Of a DNA stretch of 64,000 bases, positions 1-24,626 are shown one piece after another. Position numbers and translations under genes: made by a program. Origin of the DNA: the human T2T-CHM13v2.0 reference genome, Homo sapiens; NCBI RefSeq assembly GCF_009914755.1, contig NC_060947.1. One strand, given 5' to 3'. Each line of letters starts with the position of its first letter. Within the stretch, counting starts at the first letter, position 1. The notes beneath the pieces are model-generated. The model ran no database searches, was not told where the DNA came from, and saw only the letters and a program-made list of their open reading frames with translations.

Positions 1-5445
<5,445 letters not shown>

Positions 5446-6370
5446 CCTCAATTTTACCATATTCTTAAAATATCACAAACACAAATAACACTCCATGTTA
5501 ACAATAGGAAATCAATGAATAGTTGCAAGAAAGAGTGACTTTATAATGATTTTTGACCTCCCAAGTCACCATAAGATTTCAATATTGGTTTGGTTTAATT
5601 CTTACCAGAGAGAGCCCCTTCCTCCCACCGCCCCCCAGGACCCCCTGTTTCTCTCCCTCTCTTTTTCTCTCTAAACTAGCTTTAGCTTCATGGCTCCCAT
5701 TTATTGTAATAGAAGATACTTAATTAAGCCTATGCATATCACTTAAAAACTCAGTGATTAAATTATTCTGTTTTGTGCTTTCTGATCTACAGGTATTTTT
5801 TGGCTTCAAACCTTCACCAATATATTTCACAACTGCTATATGTGTTTCTAGCCAGATAATTCATGAGTTTATTTTAAAATATAATTATGTTTATGCAGTC
5901 TCCACAAGACATGATAATTGACAACAGTGGCATAAGTTCCATCAAAATGTAGAATCAGGTATAAACATTGTTATATTTGTGTATGCTGTGCATATAAGCA
6001 CGCAAAATACTTCTTTTTTTTCTGAGTGACTAAGCAGTCATCATAGAGGTTCATTCTGAAAATGGACTAAGAGCTGCTGGAATTGTCTTTTTCAGTTCAA
6101 AAGCGATCGTTAAAAACTAAACTAATTTGTATCAGTTCTTACCAGAAAAGAGTTTACCCTCTTGTACACAATACTTTTAATTCTAAATATGTGTGTGTGT
6201 GCTGTAAAATTGCTTGAAATATTGGTTTGAAAATGTAATTGGTCTTTATTTAAACTGAGACAACCCAATATATGCTACAAATAGTTTATTTTAGAAAGTA
6301 TAGTCTTTGATAATTTCAACTAATCTTCTTTAAACTCAGTTTACCTCCTACTTGAAAATTTCTAATGGTT

Positions 6371-6662
6371 GGCCAGGCACAGTGGCTCATGCCTGTAATT
6401 CCAGCAGTTTGGGAGGCTGAGGCAGGTGGATCATGAGGTCAGGAGTTCAAGACCAGCCTGGCCAACATGGTAAAACCCCGTCTCCACTAAAAATACAAAA
6501 ATTATCCAGGCATGGTGGTGGGCGCCTGTAATCCCAGCTACTCAGGAGGCTGAGGCAGAGAATTGCTCGAACCCAGGAGGCAGAGGTTGCAGTGAGCTGA
6601 GATCACACCACTGCACTCCAGCCTGGGTGACAGAGCGAGACTCCATCTCAAAAAACAAAAAA
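6371..6662 (+). mobile_element. AluS (Sg-like)
   Basis: Dimeric Alu starting GGCCAGGCACAGTGGCTC with an A tail; imperfect TSD aaaatttctaatggtt / aaaattccaatggtt. Confidence 0.95.
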
Positions 6663-7011
6663 TTCCAATGGTTTTCTATGCACTTCCTTCTCATAAACCT
6701 CTGAAGATTTTTATGCATGATGAATAAATTTTATATTCTAAACCTAGAATTCAGGCCCTTGCACAGAAATCTCATCCTATTTATCCAAAGTCTTCTCCTC
6801 TACTCTCCAAGATAGAACTTCTCTTATGGCTAGAAAGCCTTCATATGCATCCCGACACACTTGCTCTTTCTACCCTCAATCTTATATCAAAAAATACCTC
6901 CCCTTTCTTTATACTTTGCCTACAAATTTTACTCATAGATGAAGACAAGGTTAAGTTCTGCCTTTTCCATGAAAGTTTAATTGATCTTATTAAGGCCCAA
7001 ACTGAGCAGTT

Positions 7012-8973
7012 CTTTTATTATTATTATTATTATTAATTTTACTTTAGGTTCTGGCATATATGTGCAGAACGTGCAGGTTTTTTACATAGGTATACATGTG
7101 CCATGGTGGTTTGCTGCACCTATCAACCTGTCATCTAAGTTTTAAGCCCCACATGCATTAGGTATTTGTCCTTAATGCGCTCCCTTCCCTTGTCCCCAAC
7201 CCCCGACAGGCCCTGGTGTGATGTTCCCCTCCCTGTGTCCATGTGTTCTCATTGTTCAACTCCCACTTATGAATGAGAACATGTGGTGTTTGGTTTTCTG
7301 TTCCTGTGTTAGTTTGCTGAGAATTATGGCTTCCAGCTTCATCCATGTCCCTGCAAAGGACATGAACTCATCCTTTTTATGGCTGCATAGTATTCCACGC
7401 TGTATATGTGCCACATTTTCTTTATCCAGTCTATCATTGATGGGCATTTGGGTTGGTTCCAAGTCTTTGCTATTGTAAATAGTGCTACAATAAACATACA
7501 TGTGCATGTGCCTTTATAGTAGAATGATTAAATTCCTTTAGGTATATACCCAGTAATGGGACTGCTGGGTCAAATGATATTTCTGATTCTAGATCCTTGA
7601 GGAATTGCTATACTGTCTTTCACAATGGTGTAACTGATTTACACTCTCACCAACAGTGTAAAAGCATTCCTATTTCTCCACAGCCTCGCCAGCATCTGTT
7701 GTTTCCTGACTTTTTAATGATTGCTATTCTAACTGGCATGAGATATCTCATTGTGGTTTTGATTTGCATTTCTCTAATGACCAGTGATGATCAGCTTTTT
7801 TTTCATATTTTTGTTCGCCACATAAATATCTTCTTTGGAGAAGTGTTTGTTCATATCCTTCACCCACTTTTTGATGGTTTTTTTTTCTTGTAAATTTGTT
7901 TAAGTTCCTTGTAGATTCTGGATATTAGCCCTTTGTCAGATGGGTAGATTGCAAAAATTTTCTCCCATTCTGTAGGTTGCTTGTTCACTCTGATGATAGT
8001 TTCTTTTGCTGTGCAGAAGCTCTTTAGTTTGATTAGATCCCATTTGTTAATTTTGGCTTTTGTTGCAGTTGGTTTTGGTGTTTTAGTCATGAAGTCTTTG
8101 CCTATGCCTATGTCCTGAATGGTATTGCCTAGGTTTTCTTCCAGGGTTTTTATGGTTTTGGGTTTTACATTTTAGTCTTTAATCCATCTTGAGTTAATTT
8201 TTGTATAAGGTGTAAGGAAGGGGTCCAGTTTCTGTTTTCTGCATATGGCTAGCCAGTTTTCCCAGCACCATTTATTATATAGGGAATCCTTTCCCCATTG
8301 CTTGTTTTTGTCAGGTTTGTCGAAGATCAGATGGTTGTAGATGTATGATGTTATTTCTGAGGTCTCTGTTCTGTTCCATTGGTCTATATATCTGTTTTGG
8401 TACCAGTACCATGCTGTTTTGATTACTGTAGCCTTGTAGTATAGTTTGAAATCAGGTAGCATGATGTCTCCAGCTTTGTTCTTTTTGCTTAGGATTGTTT
8501 TGGCTATGCAGGCTCTTTTTTGGTTCCACATGAAATTTAAAGTAGTTTTTTTTTTTTAATTCTGCAAAGAAAGTCAATGGTAGCTTGATGGGAATAGCAT
8601 TGAATCTATAAATCACTTTGGGCAGTATGGCCATTTTCATGATATTGATTCTTCCTATCCATGAGCATGAAACTTTTTCCCATTTGTTTGTGTCCTCTCT
8701 TATTTCCTTGAGCAGTAGTTTGTAGTTCTTTTTGAAGAGGTTCTTCACGTCCCTTGTAAGTTGTATTCCTAGGTATTTTATTCTCTTTGTAGCAATTGTG
8801 AATGGGAGTTAACTTATGATTTGGCTGCTTGTCTATTATTGGTGTATAGGAATGCTTGTGATTTTTGCACATTGATTTTGAATCCTGAGACTTTGCTGAA
8901 GTTGCTTATCAGCTTAAGGACTTTTTGGACTGAGACGATGGGGTTTTCTGAATATATAATAATGTTATCTGCA
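7012..8973 (-). mobile_element. 5'-truncated L1PA8-like element
   Basis: L1PA8-type 3'UTR and (TTA)n tail at 7012-7036; ORF2 C-terminal fragments at 7860-8090, 8172-8531 and 8452-8748. Confidence 0.9.
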
Positions 8974-9598
8974 TGAGTTAATTTTTGTATGCAGTGAGAG
9001 ATAGGGAATCTACCTTCATTTTTCTGCATATGGATATTCACTTTTCCCAGCACCATTCACTGAGGATACTGTTCTTTCTCCAATGTATGTTCTTGGTGCT
9101 TTTATTGAAAACTTGTTGTCTGTAAATACATGGACTTATTTCTGGGTTCTTTATTCTGTCCCACTGGTCTACATGTCTGTTTTTATGCCAATAACATGCT
9201 ATTTCAGTTACCATATAGCTTTGTAGTATATTTTGAAGCCAGGTAGTGTGATATCTCCAACTTTGTTCTTTTTGCTCAGTATTGCTTTGATTCTTCACGG
9301 TCCCTTTTTGGTTCCATACAAATTTTTTTTTTCTATTTTTGTGAAGAGTGTCATTGGTATTTTGATAGGGATTATATTGAATCTGTAGATCAGTTTGGTT
9401 ATTATGGTCATTTTAGCAATATTAAATCTTCTGATCCATGAGAATGGAATGTCTTTCCATTTTTTAATGTTCTCTTCAATTTCCTTCATCTGCATTTTAT
9501 AATTTTCACTGTAGAGATCTTTCACCTCCTTGATTAAATTTATTCCTAGGTATTTTGTGGTTTTGGTAGCTATAGTAAATGAGATTGCTTTCTCTATT
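8974..9598 (-). mobile_element. Old L1M(A) ORF2 fragment
   Basis: Diverged ORF2 peptides (MKDLYSENYK...IPFSWI; CYWHKNRHVDQW) in ORFs 9038-9298 and 9295-9525. Confidence 0.8.
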
Positions 9599-10708
9599 CC
9601 TGAGTATGAGTAATTTATAAAAATTTATAAAGAGTAAGTTGTCCATTTTTTTTATTATTTCATTTGAAAAGTGATAGGCCAGAAGAGAACAAAGGCAGGA
9701 AGAAGAAATGGAACCATATATACTATCAAGTCATGTCAATGAAGGATGCCTAAATAAACCACAAATAAACTACATTTTACTTCTGCCATAATGACTTAGG
9801 AAGAAAATGAACACAAGTTCTGACTAACTTGGTGATTATTAATGGCCAGAAGCCCATACTTGAGAGAGTCTGAAATTGAACTGCAAAATAAAATCCCTAG
9901 CTATATAGGAAGATCAAGAAAACCATTTTATCATCAAAATGGATATTCAAAGGACATAATATTGCTTTAGCAAGGCAAGAATAGAGTTATTTGGGTTTTA
10001 CTAAATTTATATATGTAATTATTTCCACAAAATGCTTTCAAAGTTTATCATATGGTAATCCCAAAATACATGCAATATACAGTTACTAAATATTGCTGAA
10101 ATTAATGTACATAACAGTTTTGTTTTATGAAATTGGTGCGTTGTGTTATCTTAATTTTTACATAAATGAAAGAGCAGTTCCAGAAAATTAAAAATGTAAT
10201 TTAGCATTCTAACAAGGACATAACAATCCTTTGAAAACAAACAGCTTTTAACTAAGTAGCATAACTTACCTACTTGGCACGTTAATCAAATAATACACTA
10301 AATAGTTTTCCTTACTACTGAATTTAACTTAAAAATTACAAGTTATCTTTGTACCCATACTTTTAATTAAAATTTCAATACTTTTAAAAAAGTACACTAA
10401 GCCGGTTTGTCTCCTTGAAATATATAAAACTGTTCATAATAATGGCAAATTAACATTAAAATATCTCTGAAAAAACATGTATCATAGGATTTTACAAAGA
10501 GCTGTGGAAAGTAATAGATTATAAGTAAGGGAAGAAATTATATTAAAATGGACTGACTTTTACTTCTTAGGATTATGATTACATCTATGATGAGTCTATA
10601 TAGAGAACATTCAACATAATACAATATTAAATATGCTGCCACCACCTTACTCTCACACTGATTAAAGGGCAAATTAAAGTGTCATGAAGTCATCCTGCTA
10701 ACCTTCAG

Positions 10709-10868
10709 GCTAGTGCTTCTCAGACTGCAATGTGCATGCCAAACACCTATGAATCTTATTAAAATGCCCATTCTGATTCAATAAGTCTCAATGAGAACCG
10801 TGATTCTGCATTTGCAACAAGATGCCAAGTGGTGCTAATGCTACTGGACCACAATTTGAGTAGCAAGG
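10709..10868. mobile_element. MER5-like hAT-Charlie DNA transposon
   Basis: Resembles MER5: tagtgcttctca...cttattaaaatg...attctgattca...gattctgcattt...accacaatttgagtagcaagg. Confidence 0.7.
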
Positions 10869-11114
10869 CTTTAAACTATAAGAAACTTTATTCTGCAAGA
10901 AATTTTTATAACAAATATGTTTTTGACTCTAGTTTTTCATTCATAATTCCAACAATTTCAACAAAAATTAAAAATATTCCTTCTAGGTGGAAATATTCTT
11001 CATTCACATTGCTGCATATTAGATACTGACTTTGGGAACACTAACCCCATATCAAACACAGAGAGGATAATAAATACTTGTTGGCTGATTCCTTAAAATA
11101 ACAGATATATTAAA

Positions 11115-11766
11115 ATATAATTAATATACCATAAAACTCACCCTTTTAAAGTATACAATCCAGTGGTTTTTAGTATATTCAAATTTGTGCAACCATCACC
11201 ATTCTCTAATTTTAGAACATATTCATCATTCCAAAAAGAAATCTAATACTTGTTACTAGTCACTTCCCATTTCCCCCTAAGCCCTCCAGCTCTCAGCAAC
11301 CACCAATCAGTTTTCTGTCCCTAAGGATATAACTGTTTAACATGTAGTCTTTTGTGACTGGCTTCTTTCACATCACATAATGCTTTCAAGGTTCACCTAT
11401 ATTGCAGCATGTATCAGTACTTCCTTCCTTTTTATGGCCAATTATATTTCATTGTATAGATGTATACAATTTGTTTATCCATTCATTAGGTGATGGACAT
11501 TGAGTTGTTTCTACATTTGGCCATTAGGAATAATCCTATTATGAACATTTCTGTATACGTTCTTGGATAGATGTATATTTTTTAGTTCTTTAAAGTATAT
11601 AGCTAGGAGTGGAATTGCTGGATCATATGTTAACTCTATGTTTAACTTTTTGAGGAACCACTTGTTTTCTACAGTGCCTGCACCATTTTATATTCCCACC
11701 AGCAATGGACAAAGGTTCCAATTTGTCAACATCCTGGTCAACACTTGTTACTATTTGTTGTTTTTC
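11115..11766 (-). mobile_element. L1MB/MC 3' end, left part (host of the L1PA5 insertion)
   Basis: Mammalian L1 3'UTR motifs (gtatacaatccagtggtttttagtatattc; ttttgtgactggcttctttca); continues at 17922. Confidence 0.8.
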
Positions 11767-17921
<6,155 letters not shown>

Positions 17922-18045
17922 TGTTGTTTTTCATTATAACCATCCTAGTGGGTGTGAAGTGATATCTCATTTGTGATTTTGATTAGCATTCTCTGATAGC
18001 TAATAATGTTGAGCATCTTTTCATGTGCTTTGGCCATTTGCCTAT
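17922..18045 (-). mobile_element. L1MB/MC, right part of the interrupted host element
   Basis: ccatcctagtgggtgtgaagtgatatctcattt...gagcatcttttcatgtgc joins 11766 seamlessly when the L1PA5 is removed. Confidence 0.8.
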
Positions 18046-18469
18046 CTAATTAGTTTTCCTTACAATCTATATTGCTGTACTTTAATCTCTCCAATCTATA
18101 AGGCAGATGGAGTTGAGAAAAATATTGTAAACATTATTTTTGTTAGTACATACCCCTCTTGAAACAAAGTGAGAAGATACTATGAATCTCCTAGTTGGGC
18201 AAGGTGTCAACTTACCATACAATATGGGGCCCACATGGTTCTCTATTTGGCATGCATACATCAGGATCCTGTTTGAATTTCACAATGAATAGATTAATAA
18301 GTAGGCTTGTTGCAGAAAGGAGACATGTAAGTCAAAAGATAGCAAGAGAAAGAAGGCATGAGTGCTCCCAATCTGCCCATTCTACCACAGAAAAGCATTG
18401 AACTAGACCTACTTTTAAGATGGCCTCTGAGATGCCTGCCTCTTCTTTTACAACCTCCATTTGTGTATG

Positions 18470-19138
18470 GGTGAAGGGCTGTAATTACAATGCAGTGTTG
18501 CTTCAGTGATTAGGTTATGTTATAGGGAAAAGGTGAGGGGATTTTCAGATGTAATTAATGTCCCAAATCAGTTGATTTTTCAGTTAATCAAAAAGGGAAT
18601 TTGAGAGTGGGCCTGACTTAATCAGATGGCATGGACTCTACCTGAGGTGAAAAGCACTTAATGGCTGGGTATGGTGGCTCATATCTGTAATCCCAGCCCT
18701 TTAGGAGGCCGAGGTGAGAGGATCACTTGAGCCCAGAAGTTTGAGACCAGCCTGGGCAAAATAGAAAGACACTGTCTCACAAAAAAAATTAAAATAGAAA
18801 AGGAAGAAAAGCACTTAATTACCTATCTCAAAGAAGCAAATAGCATATTGTAGCATATTGTGAATTACCTATGGAAAGGGTAGTCCCTAGTAGTGGAAGC
18901 ACAAAGAAATGAATGTTTGCAACAATTCCAGGAAGCTTAGAAGTGATCTTTCTCTTTCTCAAGCCTCCAAATGAGAATGCAGTCTAGTCAGCACCTTGGC
19001 ATCAGCTTTGTAAGACCTCGAGCAGAGAATACAGGTAAGCTGTGCTGTCTTTTGACAAATGTAAATGATGAAATAATAAACAGGTATTGTTTTAAGCCAT
19101 TAAGTTTGTGAATCTGTGCAACATAGAAAACAAATACA
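18470..19138 (+). mobile_element. MLT1 (E-like) MaLR LTR, interrupted by an Alu monomer
   Basis: gatgtaattaatgtcccaaatcagttgat ... ttgttttaagccattaagtttg ... atagaaaacaaataca terminus. Confidence 0.7.
18663..18805 (+). mobile_element. FLAM (free left Alu monomer)
   Basis: Single Alu monomer with an A-rich tail; 14-bp TSD gaaaagcacttaat at 18649-18662 and 18806-18819. Confidence 0.9.
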
Positions 19139-19199
19139 AGAATGATGGATTCAGGTTTTCATTGGGTCAATGTAGGGCTGAATTCCTGTAGTGAAACCC

Positions 19200-19503
19200 T
19201 GCTATGGTTTGAATGTTTGCCATCCAAAACTCATGTTGAAATTTAATTACCGTTGTAACAGTATTAAAAGTTGGGACTTTTAAGACGTGATTATACTATG
19301 GAAACTCTGCTTTCATGGGTGTGGATAGTGCCTTTTAAAAGGGGCTTTCAGGAGTGAGTTCTCTCTCTTGGTTCTTCCACTCTTCTGCCATGTGAGTAAC
19401 AATGTTTCCTCACCTCTGGAGAATACAGCAACAAGGCTCTGTCTTGGAAGCAGAAAGCAGCCCTCATCAGACACCAAACCCACTGGTACCTTGATCTTGG
19501 ACT

Positions 19504-19534
<31 letters not shown>

Positions 19535-19925
19535 TTTTTGAGACAGAGTCTCACTCTGTCACCCAGGCTGGAGTACAGTGGCGCGATCTTGGCTCACTGC
19601 AAGCTCCGCCTCCTGGGTTCACGCCATTCTCCTGCCTCAGCCTCGCAAGTAGCTGGGGACTACAGGCTCCCACCATCACGGCTGGTTAATTTTTTTGTAT
19701 TTTTAGTAGAGACGGGGTTTCATCGTGTTAGGATGGTCTCGATCTCTTGATCTTGTGATCCGCCCGCCTCGGCCTCCCAAAGTGCAGGGATTACAGGCGT
19801 GAGCCACTATGCCCGGCCGATCTTGGACTTTAAAGCCTCCAGAACTGTGAGAAATCAATTTCTGTTCTTTATAAAGTACCTAGTCTCAGGTATTCTGTAA
19901 TAGCAGCACAAAATGGACTAAGACA
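19200..19925 (+). mobile_element. MST (B/D-like) MaLR LTR, interrupted by AluY
   Basis: TGCTATGGTTTGAATG...GGACTAAGACA termini; near-TSD aaccc/gaccc. Confidence 0.85.
19507..19818 (-). mobile_element. AluY
   Basis: AluY diagnostics (gcaagctccgcc, ttcacgccatt); (TTTA)n tail; 14-bp TSD gatcttggacttta at 19493-19506 and 19819-19832. Confidence 0.95.
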
Positions 19926-20384
19926 GACCCCCTCCTATTTATGTCTCCTTCTTTTTTAGGATAGGCCTTGTCTGTGGGGAACATAAAGGGCTGCTTGGCA
20001 CTAGGTTGCCTAGAATTGGTGTGGCACCAGTTTAGGCCAGTGGTCTGAAAAAGCCAGCTAACATGAGCCTGCGACCTTGAGAACCATGAGTAGGTGCAGT
20101 TTTCCCTGATGGGGGAAGAACTTCATCAATCTGGTGGGTAACTGAGCTTAGGTGAAGTTCTCCCTCTGGGAAATGGGAAAAGCAAATGCCAGATAAATCA
20201 TTATTCAGAAAAACCTGGATGAGTGCCTGAATGATTTTCAGATAACTTTACTCCGTGCATCTCTTCCCTGCCAATTGTTTTTTTAAGTTACAACTTATTA
20301 AGCACTTACCATATAACAGAGCATTTTTCATTCATCGTTTCAAAAAGCTCTTACCAGCCATTTGAAAAAAATACTATTTTCAAA

Positions 20385-20878
20385 CAACATTTGAAAGATA
20401 TAATTGACATATAATAAACCAGACATATTTAAAGTGTAAATTTGATGATCTTTGACATATGTATGCACGTTTTCACCACATTCAAGATAATTAACATATC
20501 CACCATCCCTAAAAGTTTCCTTGCCCCTCTTTGCAATCCCTCCTTCCTGACCCTTCCCATCCTACCCCTCCCCACACTGCCTCTCCAAGCAACCACATAT
20601 TCTTTTTTGTCTGGCTTCTTTCACTCGCATAATTATTTTGGGATTCATCCGAGTGGTTGCATGTATCAACAGTCCATTTTTAAAATACTTTCATTAAGAG
20701 ATAACTCACATACCATGCCATTCACCCATTTAAAATGTACAATTCAAAGGTTTTTGATATATTACATTTTTTTGAATTGCAGTAAAATGTATATAACATA
20801 AAATTTGCTATTCTAGTCCCTTCCTCTTTATTGATGTATAGTATTCCATTGATATCACAATTTGTTTATCCATTCAGA
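20385..20878 (-). mobile_element. Old L1M (MC/ME) 3' fragments
   Basis: atataattgacatataataaa...tttaaagtgta; tttgtctggcttctttcactc; tttgtttatccattca. Confidence 0.65.
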
Positions 20879-20880
20879 CA

Positions 20881-21037
20881 GGTAATATTATAGTCACAAT
20901 CATTTTACAAATAAAAAAAAGTGAAGCATGGGGAAAAGTTAACTTACTTGTTTGAAATCACGGGCAAATAAGTGATAGCACTGGTTCAAATTCAGGTCTG
21001 TGCAATGCTAGAATCAATATTCTTAACTATTATGCTA
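20881..21037. mobile_element. MIR SINE core
   Basis: cattttacaaat...gttaacttacttg...aagtgatagcactgg...tcttaactattatgcta. Confidence 0.6.
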
Positions 21038-22161
21038 AACTATCTTTCCAAACTGAAAAGACCTAGCTGTACTCTAAACCAAATATGTTTTGCCTTCATG
21101 GCCAACAACATATTAGTTCTTGTCATAGTCTAGCCTTGGAGGCTGATCATGGTCCTTCTCCTCTAATAACCTAAAAGATCCTTTCACAGAAAAATGAAAG
21201 ACAAAGCAAAAGCCATTGGCAGTATAAGCCACAGACATCGAGGTGACCATACTGTAGACAGCAGACAGGGTTTCAGAATTAGGGATCAGACATGGGTCCA
21301 GAGAACTGGACATTAAGCAGGAACAGACAGATTAGTGTCAGAACAATGTGCTTTAACCAGTCATCAGAGAAATAAATTAGCTGTCCTCCTCAGTTTTGTG
21401 CAAAAGTGTTAATTGAATGTGAACAAAGGGAAGAAAAAAGTCATTTGTGTGATAACAGTTCAGTTGGGAGAAGTACCCAGAAGAGTCATTTCAGCCCTCA
21501 AGTGAGTTGATTCACTCATCCTTAGTGGTGCCTCAGATTAGGAGCATGACAAGATATATTATCTACCCTTCCTAGAAAGAAGTTTGAGAGATAATACACT
21601 AAACTACCTTCATAGGACATAAGGGCTACCATGGGAAAAGGCAGTGGCAGCCTCGCCTCTATTTTCACTAATTCAGAGAAAGAGGGAATGAGTTGTCGTA
21701 GAAATGGAAAGGCATTTCTTGAAAATATCATAAAGCACTGTAATATAAACTGTCAAAGGAGGCTGTGGAATATCTTTTCATGGAACTCATTAAGAACAAG
21801 AGAGATACCCACTCAGAATAAATCCAGGAATAGAGTCAGAGGAATGCTACCCAGACATACAGATGAACTAAATAAACATGGTCTGCAGCAAGGGCTGGCT
21901 GTAGCCAAACAACTGGATCCCAGCCAGTTGCATAGGCCAGCCATCCAAATCATCTATAGAGATCACTCAACTCCAGTGTGGCCAGACGGTACCAAGAAGT
22001 GATTCCTAGAGAACTGGGCTGTCTAATTCAGCTTAGTTTTATGTGCTTTTTTCTTCTGTAAGAATATGGCCACAATAGGGCCACTAATATGAAATCTGGA
22101 AATCAGAATATGACTTATTTTAAGCCCCAAGGACCTTGGGTTAAAAAAAAATGTATGACAC

Positions 22162-22784
22162 TTTTACACTGTTGGTGGGACTGTAAACTAGTTCAACTAT
22201 TGTGGAAGTCAGTGTGGCGATTCCTCAGGGATCTAGAACTAGAAATACCATTTGACCCAGCCATCCCATTACTGGGTATATACCCAAAAGATTATAAATC
22301 ATGCTGCTATAAAGACACACGCACATGTATGCTTATTACAGCACTATTCACAATAGCAAAGACTTGGAACCAACCCAAATGTCCACCAATGATAGACTGG
22401 ATTAAGAAAATGTGGCACATATACACCATGGAATACTATGCAGCCATAAAAAAGGATGAGTTCATGTCCTTTGTAGGGACATGGATGAAGCTGGAAACCA
22501 TCATTCTCACCAAAGTATCGCAAGTACAAAAAACCAAACACCGCATGTTCTCACTCATAGATGGGAATTGAACAATGAGAACACATGGACACAGGAAGGG
22601 GAACATCACACTCTGGGGACTGTTGTGGGGTGGGGGGAAGAGGGAGGGATAGCATTAGGAGATATACCTAATGCTAAATGACGAGTTAATGGGTGCAGCA
22701 CACCAACATGGTACATGTATACATATATAACAAACCTGCACTTTGTGCACATGTACCCTAAAACTTAAAGTATAATAAAAAAAA
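22162..22784 (+). mobile_element. 5'-truncated L1PA4 (3' ~620 bp)
   Basis: ORF2 C-terminus (ORF 22089-22571, CWWDCKLVQ...), 3'UTR and polyA; TSD gtatgacac at 22153-22161 and 22785-22793. Confidence 0.92.
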
Positions 22785-23199
22785 GTATGACACAGAAACA
22801 GTAATAGTATTTTGTTTTGTTTTGTTTTTAAAAACTGAAACACATGGACTCCAGTCACTACAGGCAGTATCCATAAAAATTAGGAGAGGGCTGATAGAAT
22901 AGGTACAGCCTGAGACAAATGAAGCCCAATTTTTAACTTGGCTCTAAAATAATTTACAAGGGCCTGATTCCAGTCTCTGTAGGTCTCCTCTCTACCCACA
23001 GCTGAGACAACAATTTGATCTCAATCGCAAGCTCAGTGCTAGTCTCAGACACAACTTTGTCAACAGAATTTTAAGAAGCTCCACTCCAACACTCTAAGAC
23101 TCAACGTCAGCTTGCTACAAGTCCTATCCTTTTGGCCCATTTTTTAAAAAGGAACTCCTCCCTCTCTTTCTCCCTGCTTTTCTTCCTCCCCATCACCCA

Positions 23200-23560
23200 G
23201 CAATTTAACTCCCAGGTTTTTACCCAAGAGAAATATCTTCACAAAAAGACTTGTATATCAATGTTCATAGCCGATTTATTTGTAATAGCTAAAAACTAGA
23301 AACAGTCCAAGTGTCAATCAACAGAAGATTGGATAAACAACCTGTGGTACATCATACAATGGAATACTTGTCAGCAATTAACAGGAAATAATCACAACCA
23401 GTTACGATCTCTTTGTTCCTTTTCCACTCCAACTGCTTCACTTGACTAGCCTTAAAGAATTTAAAAAAGGAAATAAGAATGGATACATGCAACAACATAA
23501 ATGAATCTCAAAACATACTAAGTGAGAGAAGCTAGACACGAAACAGTATAGACTCTATGA
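23200..23560 (+). mobile_element. Old L1M (MC/ME) 3' fragment; further pieces at ~23870-23950 and ~24630-25045
   Basis: aatgttcatagc...tttatttgtaatagctaaaaactagaaaca...atgaatctcaaaa. Confidence 0.65.
23391..23453 (+). pseudogene. 5'-truncated Y3 RNA (RNY3) retropseudogene
   Basis: ATCACAACCAGTTACGATCTCTTTGTTCCTTTTCCACTCCAACTGCTTCACTTGACTAGCCTT matches the 3' two-thirds of hY3. A-rich tail to 23467. TSD aggaaataa at 23383-23391 and 23468-23476. Confidence 0.92.
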
Positions 23561-23562
23561 TA

Positions 23563-23862
23563 GGCCAGTTGCAGTGGCTCATGCTTGTAATCCCAGCACA
23601 TTTGAAGGTCAAGGCAGGAGGATCACTGGAGGCTAGGAGTTCAAGACCAGCCTGGGAAACACAGCAAGACTCTGTCTCTACAAAAATAAAAATCAAATTA
23701 GCCAGGTGTGGTGGTGCATGCCTGGAGTCTTAGCTACTAGGGAGGCTTAGGCAGGAGGATCACTTGAGCCCAGGAGTTTGAGGCTGCAGTGAGCCATGAT
23801 TGCACCACTGCACTCCAGCCTGGGCAACACAGTAAGATCCTGCCTTAAAAATAAATAAATAA
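23563..23862 (+). mobile_element. AluJ
   Basis: Dimeric Alu with J diagnostics (gaggatcacttgagcccaggagtttgaggctgcagtgagccatgat). Confidence 0.92.
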
Positions 23863-23957
23863 GTAAAAGTAAACGACATTATTTTATTTATATAAAATTC
23901 TAGGACATGCAAACATAAGTGGTGTAAAAATCAGAACAGCAGCTGCATCTAGGGGTG

Positions 23958-24626
23958 TGTTATGGGTTAAATTATGTCCCCCCAAAGGAAATGTTGAAAC
24001 CCTAACCCTCAGTATCTGTGAATGTGACCCTATTTGCAAATAGGATCTTTGTACATGACCCTATTTGCAAATAGGATCTTTGAGGATGTCATTAGGGTGG
24101 GCCCTAATTCAATATGACTGAAGAACACATGGACACAGGAAGGGGAACATCACACTCTGGGGACTGTTGTGGGGTGGGGGGAGGTGGGAGGGATAGCTTT
24201 AGGAGATATACCTAATGCTAAATGACAAGTTAATGGGTGCAGCACACCAGCATGGCACATGTATACATATGTAACAAACCTGCACATTGTGCACACGTAC
24301 CCTAAAACTTAAAGTATAATAATAATAATAATAATAAAAAGAAGGGAAGAGACACAGAGAAAGGCACATATGAGAAGAATGCCATTGATGACAGAGACAG
24401 CTTGGAATGGTGTGTCTACAACCCAAGGAGCACCAGAGATTGCCAGCAACACCAGAAGCTAAGAGAAAGGCATGGAACATATTCTTCCCTGGAGCCTTCA
24501 GAGAGAGCATGGCCATGATGACACCTTGATTTGGGGCTTCTAGCCTTCAGAACTATGAGAGAATAAATTTCTGTTAAGACCCCAGTTTGTGGTAATTTGT
24601 TACTGTAGCCCTAGGAAACTAACACA
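23958..24626 (+). mobile_element. MLT1 (B/C-like) LTR, interrupted by an L1 3' fragment
   Basis: tgttatgggttaaattatgtccccc ... gccctaggaaactaacaca. Confidence 0.8.
24123..24340 (+). mobile_element. L1PA3-like 3'UTR fragment
   Basis: gaacacatggacacaggaaggggaacatcacactctgggg...gcacaccagcatggc...; (AAT)n tail. Confidence 0.9.

Noticed and set aside
21040-22140. Unique-sequence ORFs such as 21631-22002 (123 aa)
   Set aside because: No recognisable protein similarity, codon pattern or exon structure.
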